Positions 10,758 through 21,622 of a stretch of DNA of 64,000 bases are shown one piece after another. Both the position numbers and the translations under genes were made by a program. The stretch comes from Candidatus Neptunichlamydia sp. GTDB taxonomy: Bacteria; Chlamydiota; Chlamydiia; Chlamydiales; Simkaniaceae. The notes under the pieces were generated by a model, which worked only from the letters and a program-made list of their open reading frames with translations, was not told the origin of the DNA and made no database searches. Location: assembly GCA_965233865.1 (NCBI GenBank), contig OZ247587.1, positions 128,001 to 192,000 of the forward strand, in the 5' to 3' direction. Numbering within the stretch: position 1 is the first letter of the stretch; every line of letters begins with the position of its first letter.

Positions 10758-11492
10758 TTATTTTTTGCGGATAGTGTTTATGAAAAAGCGCGCGGCATGC
10801 TTCCAGCGAGAAAGGATGCCAAAGGGGAAATGGGGAAATAGAAGGTCATCAGCATTGATTCGATAGAGGAGTTGATTGGTGTTTTTCCATGAGATGTTGT
10901 GCGCATTTCCGATGCGAAAGATGTATTTGTAGTGTTTTTTGGCAAGGGTCTGCGCTTTTTGGCTGAAGAGCCCAAAAGGATAGACGAATGAGCTAATGGG
11001 GATGGAGAGTTTTTCCTCAAGGAGTTTTTTGGATAGAAAAAGCTCATTTTCAAGGTCTATGTGTTTTGAGGTAAGAGGGTGGTGATGAAGAGAGTGGGAA
11101 GCGATTTGAATAAGTGGGGATTGAGAGAGAATTTGGAGTTCTTTCCACGTGCAAAATGCGGGTGAAGGAATAGAGGGCGCTTTATCAGGGAAGGTCACGA
11201 CTTTTTCGAGGCGCTTTTGAGAGGTCAAGTCAGTGCTTTCAGGAATATAGGCAGTGGGAACGGCAAGAAGCGCTTTAAGATTATATTTTTGGAGAAGGGG
11301 GAAAATGAGATGATAGAAATCAAAAAATGCATCGTCAAAGGTAAGGCAGACGGAAGTTCCTTTGGGAAGGGGCTCACCAGGCAGTAGAGTGGGGAAATGA
11401 GCCGCGATATAGGCAAAATTCTGCTCAAGAGTTTCGAGGGAGTTGGCATACCTGCCACTACCAATCTTGTGATACAGGGGTGCGATTAGCAT
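10758..11492 (-). CDS. Polysaccharide deacetylase (NodB/CE4 family)
   Basis: LYHKI, LTFDDA, ASHSLHH and FVYPFG motifs; ATG at 11492 chosen. Confidence 0.85.
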   Translation of the reverse strand: MLIAPLYHKIGSGRYANSLETLEQNFAYIAAHFPTLLPGEPLPKGTSVCLTFDDAFFDFYHLIFPLLQKYNLKALLAVPTAYIPESTDLTSQKRLEKVVTFPDKAPSIPSPAFCTWKELQILSQSPLIQIASHSLHHHPLTSKHIDLENELFLSKKLLEEKLSIPISSFVYPFGLFSQKAQTLAKKHYKYIFRIGNAHNISWKNTNQLLYRINADDLLFPHFPFGILSRWKHAARFFINTIRKK

Positions 11493-12213
11493 AGGCAAGC
11501 TTGAGGTATTTATAAAAGGAAGTTTGAGAGTTATAGAGCGAGATAACGTAGCCTTCTTGGCCTCCAAGAAAACCTCGTTTAAAGATATAGGATTTAATAA
11601 AGGCAAAGCCTCCGTGGAAAAGAGCAGTTAGCATCGAGGAACGCTTTTTATAGGCATACTGCTGAGCAAAGAGGGTAGTATAGTTTTCCATCTTCTGAAG
11701 GAAGTCCGAGATTGAGCGGTAGGAGTAGTGCTTTACCGGAGAGGTTAGGCGCACTTCCTGAAGGGATTTGGTCTGGATCCGTTCATGCACTTGATCGTCT
11801 GTAAAGGAAGTCACTGATCTATTGTAAAGTCGGGTGTGTCGGTCCGGATACCAGCCGCACCATTTGACGTGCCGTCCATTGAAATAGTTGTTGAAGGGGA
11901 AAGAATAGACTTTTTGAGAGTTAAGGGGCAGTGCTAAGATTTCATCGGCAAGCTCAGAAGTAAGAACCTCGTCACTATCAAGGGAAAGAATCCAATCATG
12001 GGTGGCATATTCGGCCGCAAGATTATGCAGAGGCCCGAAGCCAATAAAGGGGGTTTTAAAGATCTTTACATTGGGATGTATTTGAGCAAAATCAAGGGTG
12101 GCATCGGTGGATCCTGTGTCAAGCAAGATCACTTCATCAAACAGAAGAACCGACTCAAGGACCAACCCAATCGTCTCTTCATTATTCTTTGTTAAAATTG
12201 TTACACTAATCAT
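11458..12213 (-). CDS. GT2 glycosyltransferase (WaaE/KdtX-like, LPS)
   Basis: ISVTILTKNNE, DTGSTD, WILSLDSDE, WYPD and VHE motifs. Confidence 0.9.
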   Translation of the reverse strand: MISVTILTKNNEETIGLVLESVLLFDEVILLDTGSTDATLDFAQIHPNVKIFKTPFIGFGPLHNLAAEYATHDWILSLDSDEVLTSELADEILALPLNSQKVYSFPFNNYFNGRHVKWCGWYPDRHTRLYNRSVTSFTDDQVHERIQTKSLQEVRLTSPVKHYSYRSISDFLQKMENYTTLFAQQYAYKKRSSMLTALFHGGFAFIKSYIFKRGFLGGQEGYVISLYNSQTSFYKYLKLAYANRTPVSQDW

Positions 12214-12312
12214 ACATCCAGGATATCATAAAGTGGATTTGCCTGGGAAATCAAAAATTCTTTCTTTTTTAAGGGGGAATTTTTTATAATGAGTTGTTTA
12301 GGAGAATTGCAG

Positions 12313-13332
12313 ATGGCAAAGAATTATAGATTTGATACTGGGTACACATTTGATGATGTGGCTCTTGTTCCTCAATTTAACAACGTTCCCTCAAGGACTG
12401 AACCGATGCTTGAGTCGTGGCTCACGAAGAGTCGGAAGCTCGGAATTCCTATTTTATGTGCCAATATGGATACAACGATTTCTAAGAAACTTGCTGAGAT
12501 ATTGATTCAGAGAGGCTCGATCCCCATTTATCATCGATTCACTAAAGATTTTGAAGCTCAGAAAACATGGGTTAAGAAATTTGGAGAAAAGACGTTTGTT
12601 TCATGTGGAATTGGAAAGGAAAAAATTGCCGAGGTTCGGAAACTTTTTGACATGGGGGCCGCGGGTGTCTGCGTTGATGTGGCGCATGGTCATTCTGAAA
12701 AAATGCTCCACTTCATTGAAGAACTAAAGAAAACACACCCAGACCGCGATGTGATTGCAGGGAATGTCTGCACTCCCATGGCATATCAGGACCTTGTGAA
12801 TGCTGGAGCTGATGGGGTCAAGGTTGGAGTGGGCCCTGGTGCTGCTTGCACAACGCGGGTGATTACAGGGTTTGGTGTGCCACAGTTTACCGCTATTTTT
12901 GAGTGTGCAAAAATTGCAGAAAAGCTCAGAGTTCCGCTGATTGCCGATGGAGGAATCCGTACTAGCAAAGATGTTGTTTTGGCCTTAGCTGCTGGGGCGA
13001 GCTCTGTAATGATAGGAAAGCTCTTTGCTTTGACTGAGGAAAGTGCTGCTGAAAAAAAAGATGGGAAGGCAAAATTTCGTGGGCAAGCAAGCGAAGATTT
13101 TCAAACGGATTTCTATGGGGGATTGAAAGAAAAGACGGTTGCAGAGGGAGTGGGTTTTTTTGGGCCAGTGAGCGGATCGGCAGTAGAGCTTATTGATCTG
13201 CTACTAGGCGGAATTCGAAGTGGATTGACTTATGGAGGGGCTAGAAATATCAAGGAGCTTCAAAGGAAGGCAGAATTTGTCGAAGTAACCCCTGCCTATA
13301 TTCGCGAAAGTTATCCAAGGCCAGGCAATTAA
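12313..13332 (+). CDS. IMP dehydrogenase / GMP reductase family protein lacking CBS domains
   Basis: [22 protein letters not shown], catalytic loop [11 protein letters not shown] and IADGGI. Confidence 0.9.
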   Translation: MAKNYRFDTGYTFDDVALVPQFNNVPSRTEPMLESWLTKSRKLGIPILCANMDTTISKKLAEILIQRGSIPIYHRFTKDFEAQKTWVKKFGEKTFVSCGIGKEKIAEVRKLFDMGAAGVCVDVAHGHSEKMLHFIEELKKTHPDRDVIAGNVCTPMAYQDLVNAGADGVKVGVGPGAACTTRVITGFGVPQFTAIFECAKIAEKLRVPLIADGGIRTSKDVVLALAAGASSVMIGKLFALTEESAAEKKDGKAKFRGQASEDFQTDFYGGLKEKTVAEGVGFFGPVSGSAVELIDLLLGGIRSGLTYGGARNIKELQRKAEFVEVTPAYIRESYPRPGN

Positions 13333-14663
13333 TGCATAAAAAATTGGGCGTTTGGATGTTGACGTCTTTAGTTGTTGGAAACATGGTGGGATCGGGAGTC
13401 TTTTTGCTCCCAGCATCTCTTGCGAAGTTTGGAAGTATTACCATTTTTAGCTGGATTGCAACCGCAATTGGAGCAATGCTTCTTGCGTTAGTTTTTGCGA
13501 AGCTCAGTAAAATATTTCCAAAAACAGGAGGGCCGTATATCTATTGCAAAGAAGGGTTTGGGAATTTTATTGGTTTCCAAGTTGCGTATAATTTTTGGAT
13601 TTGCAAATGGGCTGGAAGCGCTGCTATAGCAACAGCACTTACTGGGTATCTGAGTGCGTTCTTTCCTGTATTAGATCATAACAATTTTTATGCTTTTCTC
13701 GTGACCGCTGGATCTGTATGGATATTTACCCTTGTGAACGTCATTGGAGTCCATTTAGCAGGAAGTTTTCAGTTAGTCTTTACGATTATAAAATATATCC
13801 CACTCATTCTTGCTTCTGCCATTGGGATTTTCTATATTGACTTTGGGAATTTAGCGTATTTTAATATCAGTGGAAAGTCGAATTTTAGTGCTCTTTCTAG
13901 TGGATCTATGCTCACTCTGTGGGCATTTTTAGGGCTAGAGTCTGCTTCTATTCCGGCTGATGATGTTGAAAACCCCGAAAAGACCATTCCACGCGCGACG
14001 ATTATTGGGACCAGCCTTTCTGCAGTTGTGTATATCTTGTGTACGATTGCAATTATGGGAGTTGTTCCGATGCATGAGCTCCAGGACTCTGCAGCTCCAT
14101 TTGCTGATTTTGCGAAGAAAATTTTTGGTCCTTGGGGAATGTATGCTATGGGCGCGGTTGCTGTAGTCTCTTGCGCAGGGGCATTAAATGGCTGGATTCT
14201 CGTTCAAGGGCAAATTCCTATGGCTGCGGCAAAGGATCAACTTTTTCCCAGGCGCTTTGGAAAGGTCTCAAAAGGGCGCTCACCGGTTTTTGGACTTGTC
14301 TTTTCATCCATCTTAATTACGTTGCTGCTGACGCTAAACTTTAACAAAAATTTAGTCGATAAATTTACCATTATCATTTCGCTTGCGACTCTTGCAGGAG
14401 TCATTGCCTTCCTCTACACATCAGTAGTAGAGTTTGTCATCTATATTAAGTACCCTGAAAAGGCGCACAAAAAGAAGGTTGCTAAGACCTTAACAATTTC
14501 GGGACTAGCCTTTTTGTATACTTTTTGGGCAATTGCAAGTGCAGGGCAGGAGATTGTATTTTATGGGTCTCTCTTAATGTTTAGTAGCATTCCTATTTAT
14601 GGATGGATGGAATGGCAAAAATATCGAAAATCGATCTTAAAACAAGTGAGCCTCGATGAATAA
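13332..14663 (+). CDS. APC-family amino acid permease (AdiC/PotE/ArcD-like), paralog 1
   Basis: GNMVGSGVFLLPASLA, GGPY and WAFLGLESA motifs. Confidence 0.9.
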   Translation: MHKKLGVWMLTSLVVGNMVGSGVFLLPASLAKFGSITIFSWIATAIGAMLLALVFAKLSKIFPKTGGPYIYCKEGFGNFIGFQVAYNFWICKWAGSAAIATALTGYLSAFFPVLDHNNFYAFLVTAGSVWIFTLVNVIGVHLAGSFQLVFTIIKYIPLILASAIGIFYIDFGNLAYFNISGKSNFSALSSGSMLTLWAFLGLESASIPADDVENPEKTIPRATIIGTSLSAVVYILCTIAIMGVVPMHELQDSAAPFADFAKKIFGPWGMYAMGAVAVVSCAGALNGWILVQGQIPMAAAKDQLFPRRFGKVSKGRSPVFGLVFSSILITLLLTLNFNKNLVDKFTIIISLATLAGVIAFLYTSVVEFVIYIKYPEKAHKKKVAKTLTISGLAFLYTFWAIASAGQEIVFYGSLLMFSSIPIYGWMEWQKYRKSILKQVSLDE

Positions 14664-15969
14664 GAAGTTAGGGGTATGGATGTTGACGGCCTTGGTCGTC
14701 GGAAATATGATCGGATCCGGAGTATTTCTGCTCCCAGCATCACTCGCTAGCTTTGGAAGTATTACAGTCTTTAGCTGGTGCGCGACAGCGGTTGGAGCAA
14801 TGCTGCTGGCGTTGGTTTTTGCGAAGTTGAGCACCCTCTTTCCTAAGACAGGAGGCCCTTATATCTACTGCAAAGAGGGGTTCGGGAATTTTATCGGTTT
14901 TCAGGTAGCCTATAACTACTGGATATATATGTGGGTAGGCAATGCCGCGATTGCTGTGGCATTTACAGGGTACTTAAGCACATTTTTCCCAGAGATAATC
15001 CATAGTAGTGTGTATGCATTTTTTATTGCTGCTGGAGTAGTTTGGTTTTTTACAATTGTAAATATTATTGGGGTTCATCTAGCAGGGAAGTTTCAGCTTG
15101 TTTTAACAGTTCTAAAGTTTGTTCCTCTTATTTTGATTGCTGTAATAGGGGTTTTCTTTGTGGATACTACAAACTTGGCTTACTTTAATGTGAGTGGGAA
15201 ATCAAATTTTAGTGCTCTATCAGGTGGAGCTATGCTCACTCTGTGGGCATTTTTAGGAATGGAATCTGCATCGATTCCTGCCGATGATGTCAAAGACCCA
15301 AAGAAAACGATTCCGAAGGCAACAATACTCGGAACCGCTATAACGGCTGTTGTTTACATCTTAAGTACGGTGGCGATTATGGGCGTTATCCCTATGCCGC
15401 AGCTGAAAGATTCTACAGCTCCATTTGCAGATTTAGCGGGAAAAATTTTTGGACCTTGGGGAAGGTATGTAATGGGTGCGGCAGCTGTTATTTCATGTGC
15501 AGGCGCTTTGAATGGTTGGATTTTCCTTCAAGGGCAGATTCCTCTGGCAGCAGCAAAAGATAAGCTATTCCCTAAGCCGTTTGCAAAAGTTTCTAGATCC
15601 CGCTCGCCAGTTTTTGGAATTGTTACTTCTTCAATCCTGATCACATTGATTCTTCTTTTAAATTTTAACAAAGGGCTAGTCGACCAGTTTACATTTATCA
15701 TCTCTTTGGCAACATTGGCCGCGATTACTGCATACCTATATACTTCTGTTGCTGAATTTGTTGTTTATATTAAGTATCCCAACAAAATGGATAGAAAGAA
15801 GGTTATAAAATCCCTATCAATTTCTGCTTTGGCTTTTATTTACACCTTTTGGGCAACTGTTAGTGCTGGACAGGAGATTGTATTTTATGGATCTTTATTG
15901 ATGTTTACGAGCATCCCGATCTATGGTTGGATGGAGTGGCAAAAATATCGAAAAAAATATTGTAAGTAA
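14656..15969 (+). CDS. APC-family amino acid permease (AdiC/PotE/ArcD-like), paralog 2
   Basis: Same motifs; visibly similar along its length to 13332-14663. Confidence 0.9.
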   Translation: MNKKLGVWMLTALVVGNMIGSGVFLLPASLASFGSITVFSWCATAVGAMLLALVFAKLSTLFPKTGGPYIYCKEGFGNFIGFQVAYNYWIYMWVGNAAIAVAFTGYLSTFFPEIIHSSVYAFFIAAGVVWFFTIVNIIGVHLAGKFQLVLTVLKFVPLILIAVIGVFFVDTTNLAYFNVSGKSNFSALSGGAMLTLWAFLGMESASIPADDVKDPKKTIPKATILGTAITAVVYILSTVAIMGVIPMPQLKDSTAPFADLAGKIFGPWGRYVMGAAAVISCAGALNGWIFLQGQIPLAAAKDKLFPKPFAKVSRSRSPVFGIVTSSILITLILLLNFNKGLVDQFTFIISLATLAAITAYLYTSVAEFVVYIKYPNKMDRKKVIKSLSISALAFIYTFWATVSAGQEIVFYGSLLMFTSIPIYGWMEWQKYRKKYCK

Positions 15970-15971
15970 GA

Positions 15972-17240
15972 ATGGGCACAGTTAAGAAAATTTACGATTC
16001 TGTACACCGCTTTATCCATGTTGATGGACTAGAGAGCGATTTGATTAATTCGAGACCTTTTCAACGTCTTCACTATATCCATCAGCTAGGGGTAACCTAT
16101 TTTGTTTATCCTGGGGGAACCCATCGCCGTTTTGAGCATTCTTTAGGGGTAATGGAACTTGCTACGAGAATCTATGATGAAATCACTTCTGGGAATCTTC
16201 CAGAGAAACTGAAAGAATTAATTCCTCGCTTTGCTTCTAATGAGTATCGGTACTGGAGACGTGTGTTAAGGCTTGCTGCCCTTTGCCACGATTTGGGCCA
16301 CCTTCCCTTTAGCCACGTGGCGGAACATCGACTCCTTGGAAAAGGGGGACATGAAATTTGGACACAGAAAATCATGGAGAGTGAGTTTTTATCTCCAATA
16401 TGGGAGCGATTTGCGAAAGAATCACTTGAAGATGGAATTTTAAGAAATGTGAAGCTCGATGTGATGAAAGTAGCACTTGGAGAAAAGAAATTTGAAGGGG
16501 CATTCACCCCGTGGGAACGAGTAGTTACTGAGATTGTTACTGGAGATTTCTTTGGAGCTGATCGCATTGACTATCTTCTTAGAGATTCTCAATGCACAGG
16601 ACTTGCTTACGGATTGTTTGATTATCATCAACTGATTGAAATGCTCAAAATGATCGTGACAAATGAAGGGGCTCTTGCTCTAGGAGTTGAAGAAAATGGA
16701 ATTGAGTCTTGTGAAGCGCTTTTACTGGCACGTCATTATATGCATAAGCGTCTTTACCAATACTCAAGCGTTAAGTCCTACTCTTTTCATCTAGCTCGGT
16801 TTATGGAGACAGTCTATTACGACCTAGGAGATGATTTAGAAAGGTATGTCTCGATGACCGACAATGAAGTGCTATCTGACTTAAATAAGGCTTCAAGGGA
16901 TGAAAAACATCCTGGTCATTTTGACGCGAAATGTCTCTATCTTCGCAGATATCGATTCAGAGCAATTGCGCTCAGGATGCCTCCTGGAGAAAAGGATCTT
17001 GCTGAAATTAAGAACAAGTTAGGAATTCCTGATGATGAATTTTCATGGGAGATCAGTAAAAAAGGGAGTCGAAAACTGGGAATGAACTTTCCCGTTTTGA
17101 AAGAAGATGGGACAGTGGAGATTGGAGATAACCTTTCAGAAATTTCAGTACCTCCTAAGGAGCGAAGTTGGGTTTACGTAGCCCCATGTTTTGAAGAAGA
17201 GGTTCGTAAAATGCTTAACCATGTGGATGTGCTCAGATGA
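15972..17240 (+). CDS. HD-domain phosphohydrolase (SAMHD1/dNTPase-like)
   Basis: FQRLHYIHQLG, HRRFEHSLG, ALCHDLGHLPFSH and ADRIDYLLRD motifs. Confidence 0.9.
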   Translation: MGTVKKIYDSVHRFIHVDGLESDLINSRPFQRLHYIHQLGVTYFVYPGGTHRRFEHSLGVMELATRIYDEITSGNLPEKLKELIPRFASNEYRYWRRVLRLAALCHDLGHLPFSHVAEHRLLGKGGHEIWTQKIMESEFLSPIWERFAKESLEDGILRNVKLDVMKVALGEKKFEGAFTPWERVVTEIVTGDFFGADRIDYLLRDSQCTGLAYGLFDYHQLIEMLKMIVTNEGALALGVEENGIESCEALLLARHYMHKRLYQYSSVKSYSFHLARFMETVYYDLGDDLERYVSMTDNEVLSDLNKASRDEKHPGHFDAKCLYLRRYRFRAIALRMPPGEKDLAEIKNKLGIPDDEFSWEISKKGSRKLGMNFPVLKEDGTVEIGDNLSEISVPPKERSWVYVAPCFEEEVRKMLNHVDVLR

Positions 17241-18538
17241 AAAGGTGGTGTGTTTTTGGGTTTTTTGTACTATTAATGTCAATTGGATTTGCTGACGACT
17301 GCAGCGCTCCCCCTATTCCGATTCCAGAAGCGTCGCCAAAGGCTATGGCCTTTTATGCAAGTGGAAATATTTTGTGGGTTGTGCAACTTATCTGGTCGCT
17401 CGCGGTTCCGGCTCTTATTGTCTTTACTAAATTTGGTGTAAAACTTCGAGTCTTCTGTGAAAGAATTACTGGAGTTTGGCTTTGGCAAACAGCGCTTTAT
17501 GCTTTCTTTTTCTTGTTGATTGTTGCCATCCTTTCTCTTCCATTGGACTTTTATGGAGGATATGTTCGACCTCATGCTTATGATCTTTCAAATCAAACAA
17601 TTGCTAGATGGCTTGATCATTATCTGACAGGAACAGCAATTTCTATGGTGCTGGGGATCGTCCTCGTTTGGATTGTATATGGAGTCATCAGAAAGAGCCC
17701 GAGGCGATGGTGGCTCTGTTTTGGACTTTTGAATTTTCCACTAGCGGTTTTGTTGGTTTTTGTTCAACCAATTTGGATTGCCGCTCTTTTTAATACGTTT
17801 GGACCTATGGAGGACAAACAGTTAGAGCAAAAAATCCTCCAGCTTGCTAACAGGGCTGGAATTGAAGGAGGGAGTGTCTATGAAGTGGACATGAGCGCTG
17901 ATACAAAGCAGGTCAATGCTTATGTGACAGGGATTGGCTCTAGCAAGCGTATCGTGATTTGGGATACTGCAATTAATGAACTCACTACAGATGAGCTCTT
18001 ATTTGTTATGGGCCATGAGATGGGTCACTATGTTCTTCATCATATGTGGTGGGGTATCTTGATCTACACGCTCATTATGATTGTGGGATTATTTTTAGTC
18101 TATCTTACCGCTGGGATTTTCCTGAAAAAGTGTTCTAAACGAATGGGAATTAGTGAAATAAAGGATGTCGCCTCGCTTCCTCTTCTTACTCTCCTTTATA
18201 CGTTTTATTCATTTCTTCTAACCCCAGTAGGAAACTTTTTTTCAAAATCGATTGAGCATAATGCGGATACCTTTGGCTTAGAGCTTACTCACTTTAATGA
18301 GGCGGCGGGAACGAGTTTTGTGAAGCTTACAAGCACTAACCTTGCAAATCCTTGGCCAGGTCCCTTGTACATGGCCTTTAGGGCATCCCACCCCTCTATC
18401 GGAGCTCGTATCACTTATTTTAATAAGTACAAGCCATGGTGTCACGATGAGCCCCTAGAATACGGAAGATTTTTTAGAACTTTAGTTCCTCTTCCTGGAC
18501 CGCCTCATCTGAGAACTCCATCAGGGGAGCTTCATTAA
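17237..18538 (+). CDS. M48 (Ste24-like) membrane zinc metalloprotease
   Basis: NAYVTG, HEMGH, EHNAD and SHPS...RI motifs; TM segments. Confidence 0.9.
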   Translation: MKRWCVFGFFVLLMSIGFADDCSAPPIPIPEASPKAMAFYASGNILWVVQLIWSLAVPALIVFTKFGVKLRVFCERITGVWLWQTALYAFFFLLIVAILSLPLDFYGGYVRPHAYDLSNQTIARWLDHYLTGTAISMVLGIVLVWIVYGVIRKSPRRWWLCFGLLNFPLAVLLVFVQPIWIAALFNTFGPMEDKQLEQKILQLANRAGIEGGSVYEVDMSADTKQVNAYVTGIGSSKRIVIWDTAINELTTDELLFVMGHEMGHYVLHHMWWGILIYTLIMIVGLFLVYLTAGIFLKKCSKRMGISEIKDVASLPLLTLLYTFYSFLLTPVGNFFSKSIEHNADTFGLELTHFNEAAGTSFVKLTSTNLANPWPGPLYMAFRASHPSIGARITYFNKYKPWCHDEPLEYGRFFRTLVPLPGPPHLRTPSGELH

Positions 18539-18595
18539 CATGAGGAGATATATGACCATCGCCATTAGATCTTCCTTATGGTATGATTACTTCGT

Positions 18596-19843
18596 ATGAT
18601 TTTCAAAAAGGTACTTTCACAGATTCGAAATGAACGAGAAAAATTCTTCCTATTGTTTGCGATGCTTTGCGGTTTTTTTATTACTGCTGAGTATGCGATT
18701 ACCAAACCGACGAGCAATTCAATTTTTCTTTCCCACTATAGTGTGAAGCTTTATCCGTATGCTTGGCTCTTAACAGTTCCATTCAACCTCCTTGCTGTGA
18801 CCCTTTATAACCGTTTCCTGTCTCGCTTAGGTTGTTTCCGTATGTTTCTTTGCACCGTAGTTGTAACGATGGGAATTAATGCCTTCTGTGGCCTATATGT
18901 GCAGCAGTTCCCCCCCTTGTCCTTTTTGCTATATGTATGGAAAGATATTTACGTTCTTCTAATGTTTCAACAGATCTGGTCAGTCATCCATACAAAGACG
19001 GGGATGAAGAAGGCGAAATATCTTTATGGAATTATCTTTGGAGTCAGTGGAATAGGTGCTATATTTGGGAGTATGGTTCCAAGTTTCTTTGCTGTGAAAC
19101 TCGGTTCTGAGCATCTCCTCTACATGACGATTCCTTTATACCTATTGTTTATTGCATCCTATCATCAGATGTTGAAGCGGAGTAACATGGAGGGGAGTGA
19201 AGCCCTTCTTGTTAAGAATACGGAGGGTGGACTCCAACTTATCAAGACCTCTTCAGCCTTGAAATTCATCCTCTTCATTGTGGTTCTCATGCAGCTTTCG
19301 ACAACGATCATGGATTACCAATTCAACACGTATCTGCAAGAACGCTATCCTCTTCAAGATCTGAGGACCCAGTTTTATGGTCGTTTATGGGGGATGATAA
19401 ATACCTGCAAACTTTGTTTGCAGTTTTTTGCAACCTTTTTGCTCTTAAAATTTTTGGGGCTTCGAAGAAGTCATTTTGTGGTTCCAGGGATTCTCCTTGG
19501 AAATGCGATTTTAACCCTTTTTCAGCCCAGCTTTGCCTTCGTCACCTACGCTTTTGGTGTAATCAAAACGTTTGATTATTCGATCTTTAATATTATCAAG
19601 GAGATGCTATATGTTCCTTTGAAGACAGATGAAAAGTTTAAGGCAAAGGCGATCATCGATATTTTTGCTTACCGATCGGCGAAGGCTTTTGCATCGGTAT
19701 TCGTCCTTGGAATGCAGTTTCTCTCACCTGCAAAGCTTCCTTACGCATATTCTTGGGGACCTCTCGCCCTTTTCATGGTTTGGATCATTGTTGTCTTCTT
19801 ATTTCTCCGCCGCCCTCAAGAGCAAAAACTCCTTGAAGCTTGA
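18596..19843 (+). CDS. Npt1/Npt2 (TLC)-like nucleotide transporter
   Basis: FDYSIFNIIKEMLYVPLKTDEKFKAKAIID..YRSAK signature of NTT-like MFS proteins. Confidence 0.75.
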   Translation: MIFKKVLSQIRNEREKFFLLFAMLCGFFITAEYAITKPTSNSIFLSHYSVKLYPYAWLLTVPFNLLAVTLYNRFLSRLGCFRMFLCTVVVTMGINAFCGLYVQQFPPLSFLLYVWKDIYVLLMFQQIWSVIHTKTGMKKAKYLYGIIFGVSGIGAIFGSMVPSFFAVKLGSEHLLYMTIPLYLLFIASYHQMLKRSNMEGSEALLVKNTEGGLQLIKTSSALKFILFIVVLMQLSTTIMDYQFNTYLQERYPLQDLRTQFYGRLWGMINTCKLCLQFFATFLLLKFLGLRRSHFVVPGILLGNAILTLFQPSFAFVTYAFGVIKTFDYSIFNIIKEMLYVPLKTDEKFKAKAIIDIFAYRSAKAFASVFVLGMQFLSPAKLPYAYSWGPLALFMVWIIVVFLFLRRPQEQKLLEA

Positions 19844-19885
19844 TCCTAGAGAGGGTATATTGATTGCTTAAATCAGGAGTTGTTC

Positions 19886-21595
19886 ATGAGCAAAATTAAA
19901 CGATCGATCAAGAATGGTAAAGAAATTGTAGAAGTTGATTTAGGATCAAATGCGATTCTTCACAATTCTATCCTCAACAAAGGGACAGGCTTTACGGAAG
20001 AAGAAAGGGTTGAACTTGGCCTTCATGGTCTTTTACCCTTCCACACTTCAACCATTGATGAACAAGTCAATCGTGCCTATGGAAAGTTCCAGAATAGGCG
20101 TACCGATATTGGAAAGTATTCCTTCCTTTCCTCTTTGCAGGATCGAAATGAAACGCTCTTCTATTATCTCTGTAGCTTGCACCCGGAAGAAATGCTCCCT
20201 TACATCTATACACCGACAGTTGGTGATGCTTCCCTCAACTACAGCCATATCTATACCCAAAATAGGGGAGTCTACATCTCCTACCCACATAAGGACCGAA
20301 TGGAAGAGATTGTTGCTAATATTCCTTATGATCATGTTGATGTGATTGTCGTAACCGATGGAGCCCGAATTTTGGGTCTGGGGGATCTAGGAGTGGGAGG
20401 GATGGCCATTCCTGTTGGAAAATTAGCGCTTTATTCTTTGTTCGGAGGGGTTCACCCGGCTCATACCCTCCCTATCACCCTTGATGTTGGAACAAATAAT
20501 GAAACCCTTCTAAATGATCCTCTCTATCTTGGTTGGCAAGAGAGGCGCCTCGATGGAAAGGAATACGATGATTTTGTGGAGGCCTTTGTTCAAGCTATCA
20601 CCAAGCGTTTCCCCAACGTTCTTATTCAATGGGAAGACTTTGCAAAAAATCAGGCTCAGCCTATTCTTGATCGTTATCGTGATAAACTATGTTGTTTTAA
20701 CGATGACATTCAAGGAACTGCTGGAGTTGTTGTGGCAGGGATCTTAAGTGCAATTAAAGGGATTGATGCTGATATTAAAGATCAGAAAATTGTCCTCTTT
20801 GGTGCTGGTTCTGCTGGGATTGGAATTGCGGAACTCATCACTCAGGCGATGATGCTTCAAGGAGTCACTCGAGAAGAAGCGAAAGAGAAAATATTTGTTA
20901 TGGGACGGAATGGTCTTGCTCATACAGCCTCGAAAGGGCTGGATGATCTGAAGAAACAATTTGCCCAGAAAGAAGAAGCCATTAGTAGCTGGGGTGTAGA
21001 GGATATGCAGCACATCCCACTCCTTGAAACGATCAAACATGCCAAACCTACGATTCTTATTGGAACCTCAACTCAGCCTAATAGCTTCAATGAAGAAGTT
21101 ATCACTGAAATGAAGAAACATGTGCCTCGCCCTATTATTTTTCCACTATCTAATCCCACATCCAAATCAGAAGCGCACCCGGAAGATCTTATGAAGTGGA
21201 CTAAGGGGCAAGCACTCATTGCCACAGGAAGCCCGTATCAACCTGTCAAATATGAAGGAAAAAAATATGTGATTGGACAATGTAATAACGTCTTTATCTT
21301 TCCTGGTGTGGGCCTTGGTGTTATTGCCTCTGGAGCAATACGTGTAACCGATGGAATGTTTTTAGAGGCTGCCAATGTTTTGAGCAAGTACGCTCCGATC
21401 CTTAATAACCCCTACGCCTCTCTTTTTCCACGGCTCACGGAGCTTCGCGCGATCTCCCAAGATGTGGCCATTGCTGTTGCAAATGAAGCGATTAAAGAGG
21501 GAATTTGTAAAAACCCTCCAAAGGACGTAGAGCAGGCTGTGAAGGAAAGCATGTGGGAACCAAAGTACCCCACGATCAAGAGACTGCAGAAATAA
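19886..21595 (+). CDS. maeA: NAD-dependent malic enzyme
   Basis: NKGTGF, YTPTVG, VTDGARILGLGDLG, FNDDIQGT, GAGSAG and PLSNPT motifs. Confidence 0.93.
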   Translation: MSKIKRSIKNGKEIVEVDLGSNAILHNSILNKGTGFTEEERVELGLHGLLPFHTSTIDEQVNRAYGKFQNRRTDIGKYSFLSSLQDRNETLFYYLCSLHPEEMLPYIYTPTVGDASLNYSHIYTQNRGVYISYPHKDRMEEIVANIPYDHVDVIVVTDGARILGLGDLGVGGMAIPVGKLALYSLFGGVHPAHTLPITLDVGTNNETLLNDPLYLGWQERRLDGKEYDDFVEAFVQAITKRFPNVLIQWEDFAKNQAQPILDRYRDKLCCFNDDIQGTAGVVVAGILSAIKGIDADIKDQKIVLFGAGSAGIGIAELITQAMMLQGVTREEAKEKIFVMGRNGLAHTASKGLDDLKKQFAQKEEAISSWGVEDMQHIPLLETIKHAKPTILIGTSTQPNSFNEEVITEMKKHVPRPIIFPLSNPTSKSEAHPEDLMKWTKGQALIATGSPYQPVKYEGKKYVIGQCNNVFIFPGVGLGVIASGAIRVTDGMFLEAANVLSKYAPILNNPYASLFPRLTELRAISQDVAIAVANEAIKEGICKNPPKDVEQAVKESMWEPKYPTIKRLQK

Positions 21596-21622
21596 CAGCT
21601 TCATAATTGGGTTCTGATAGAA

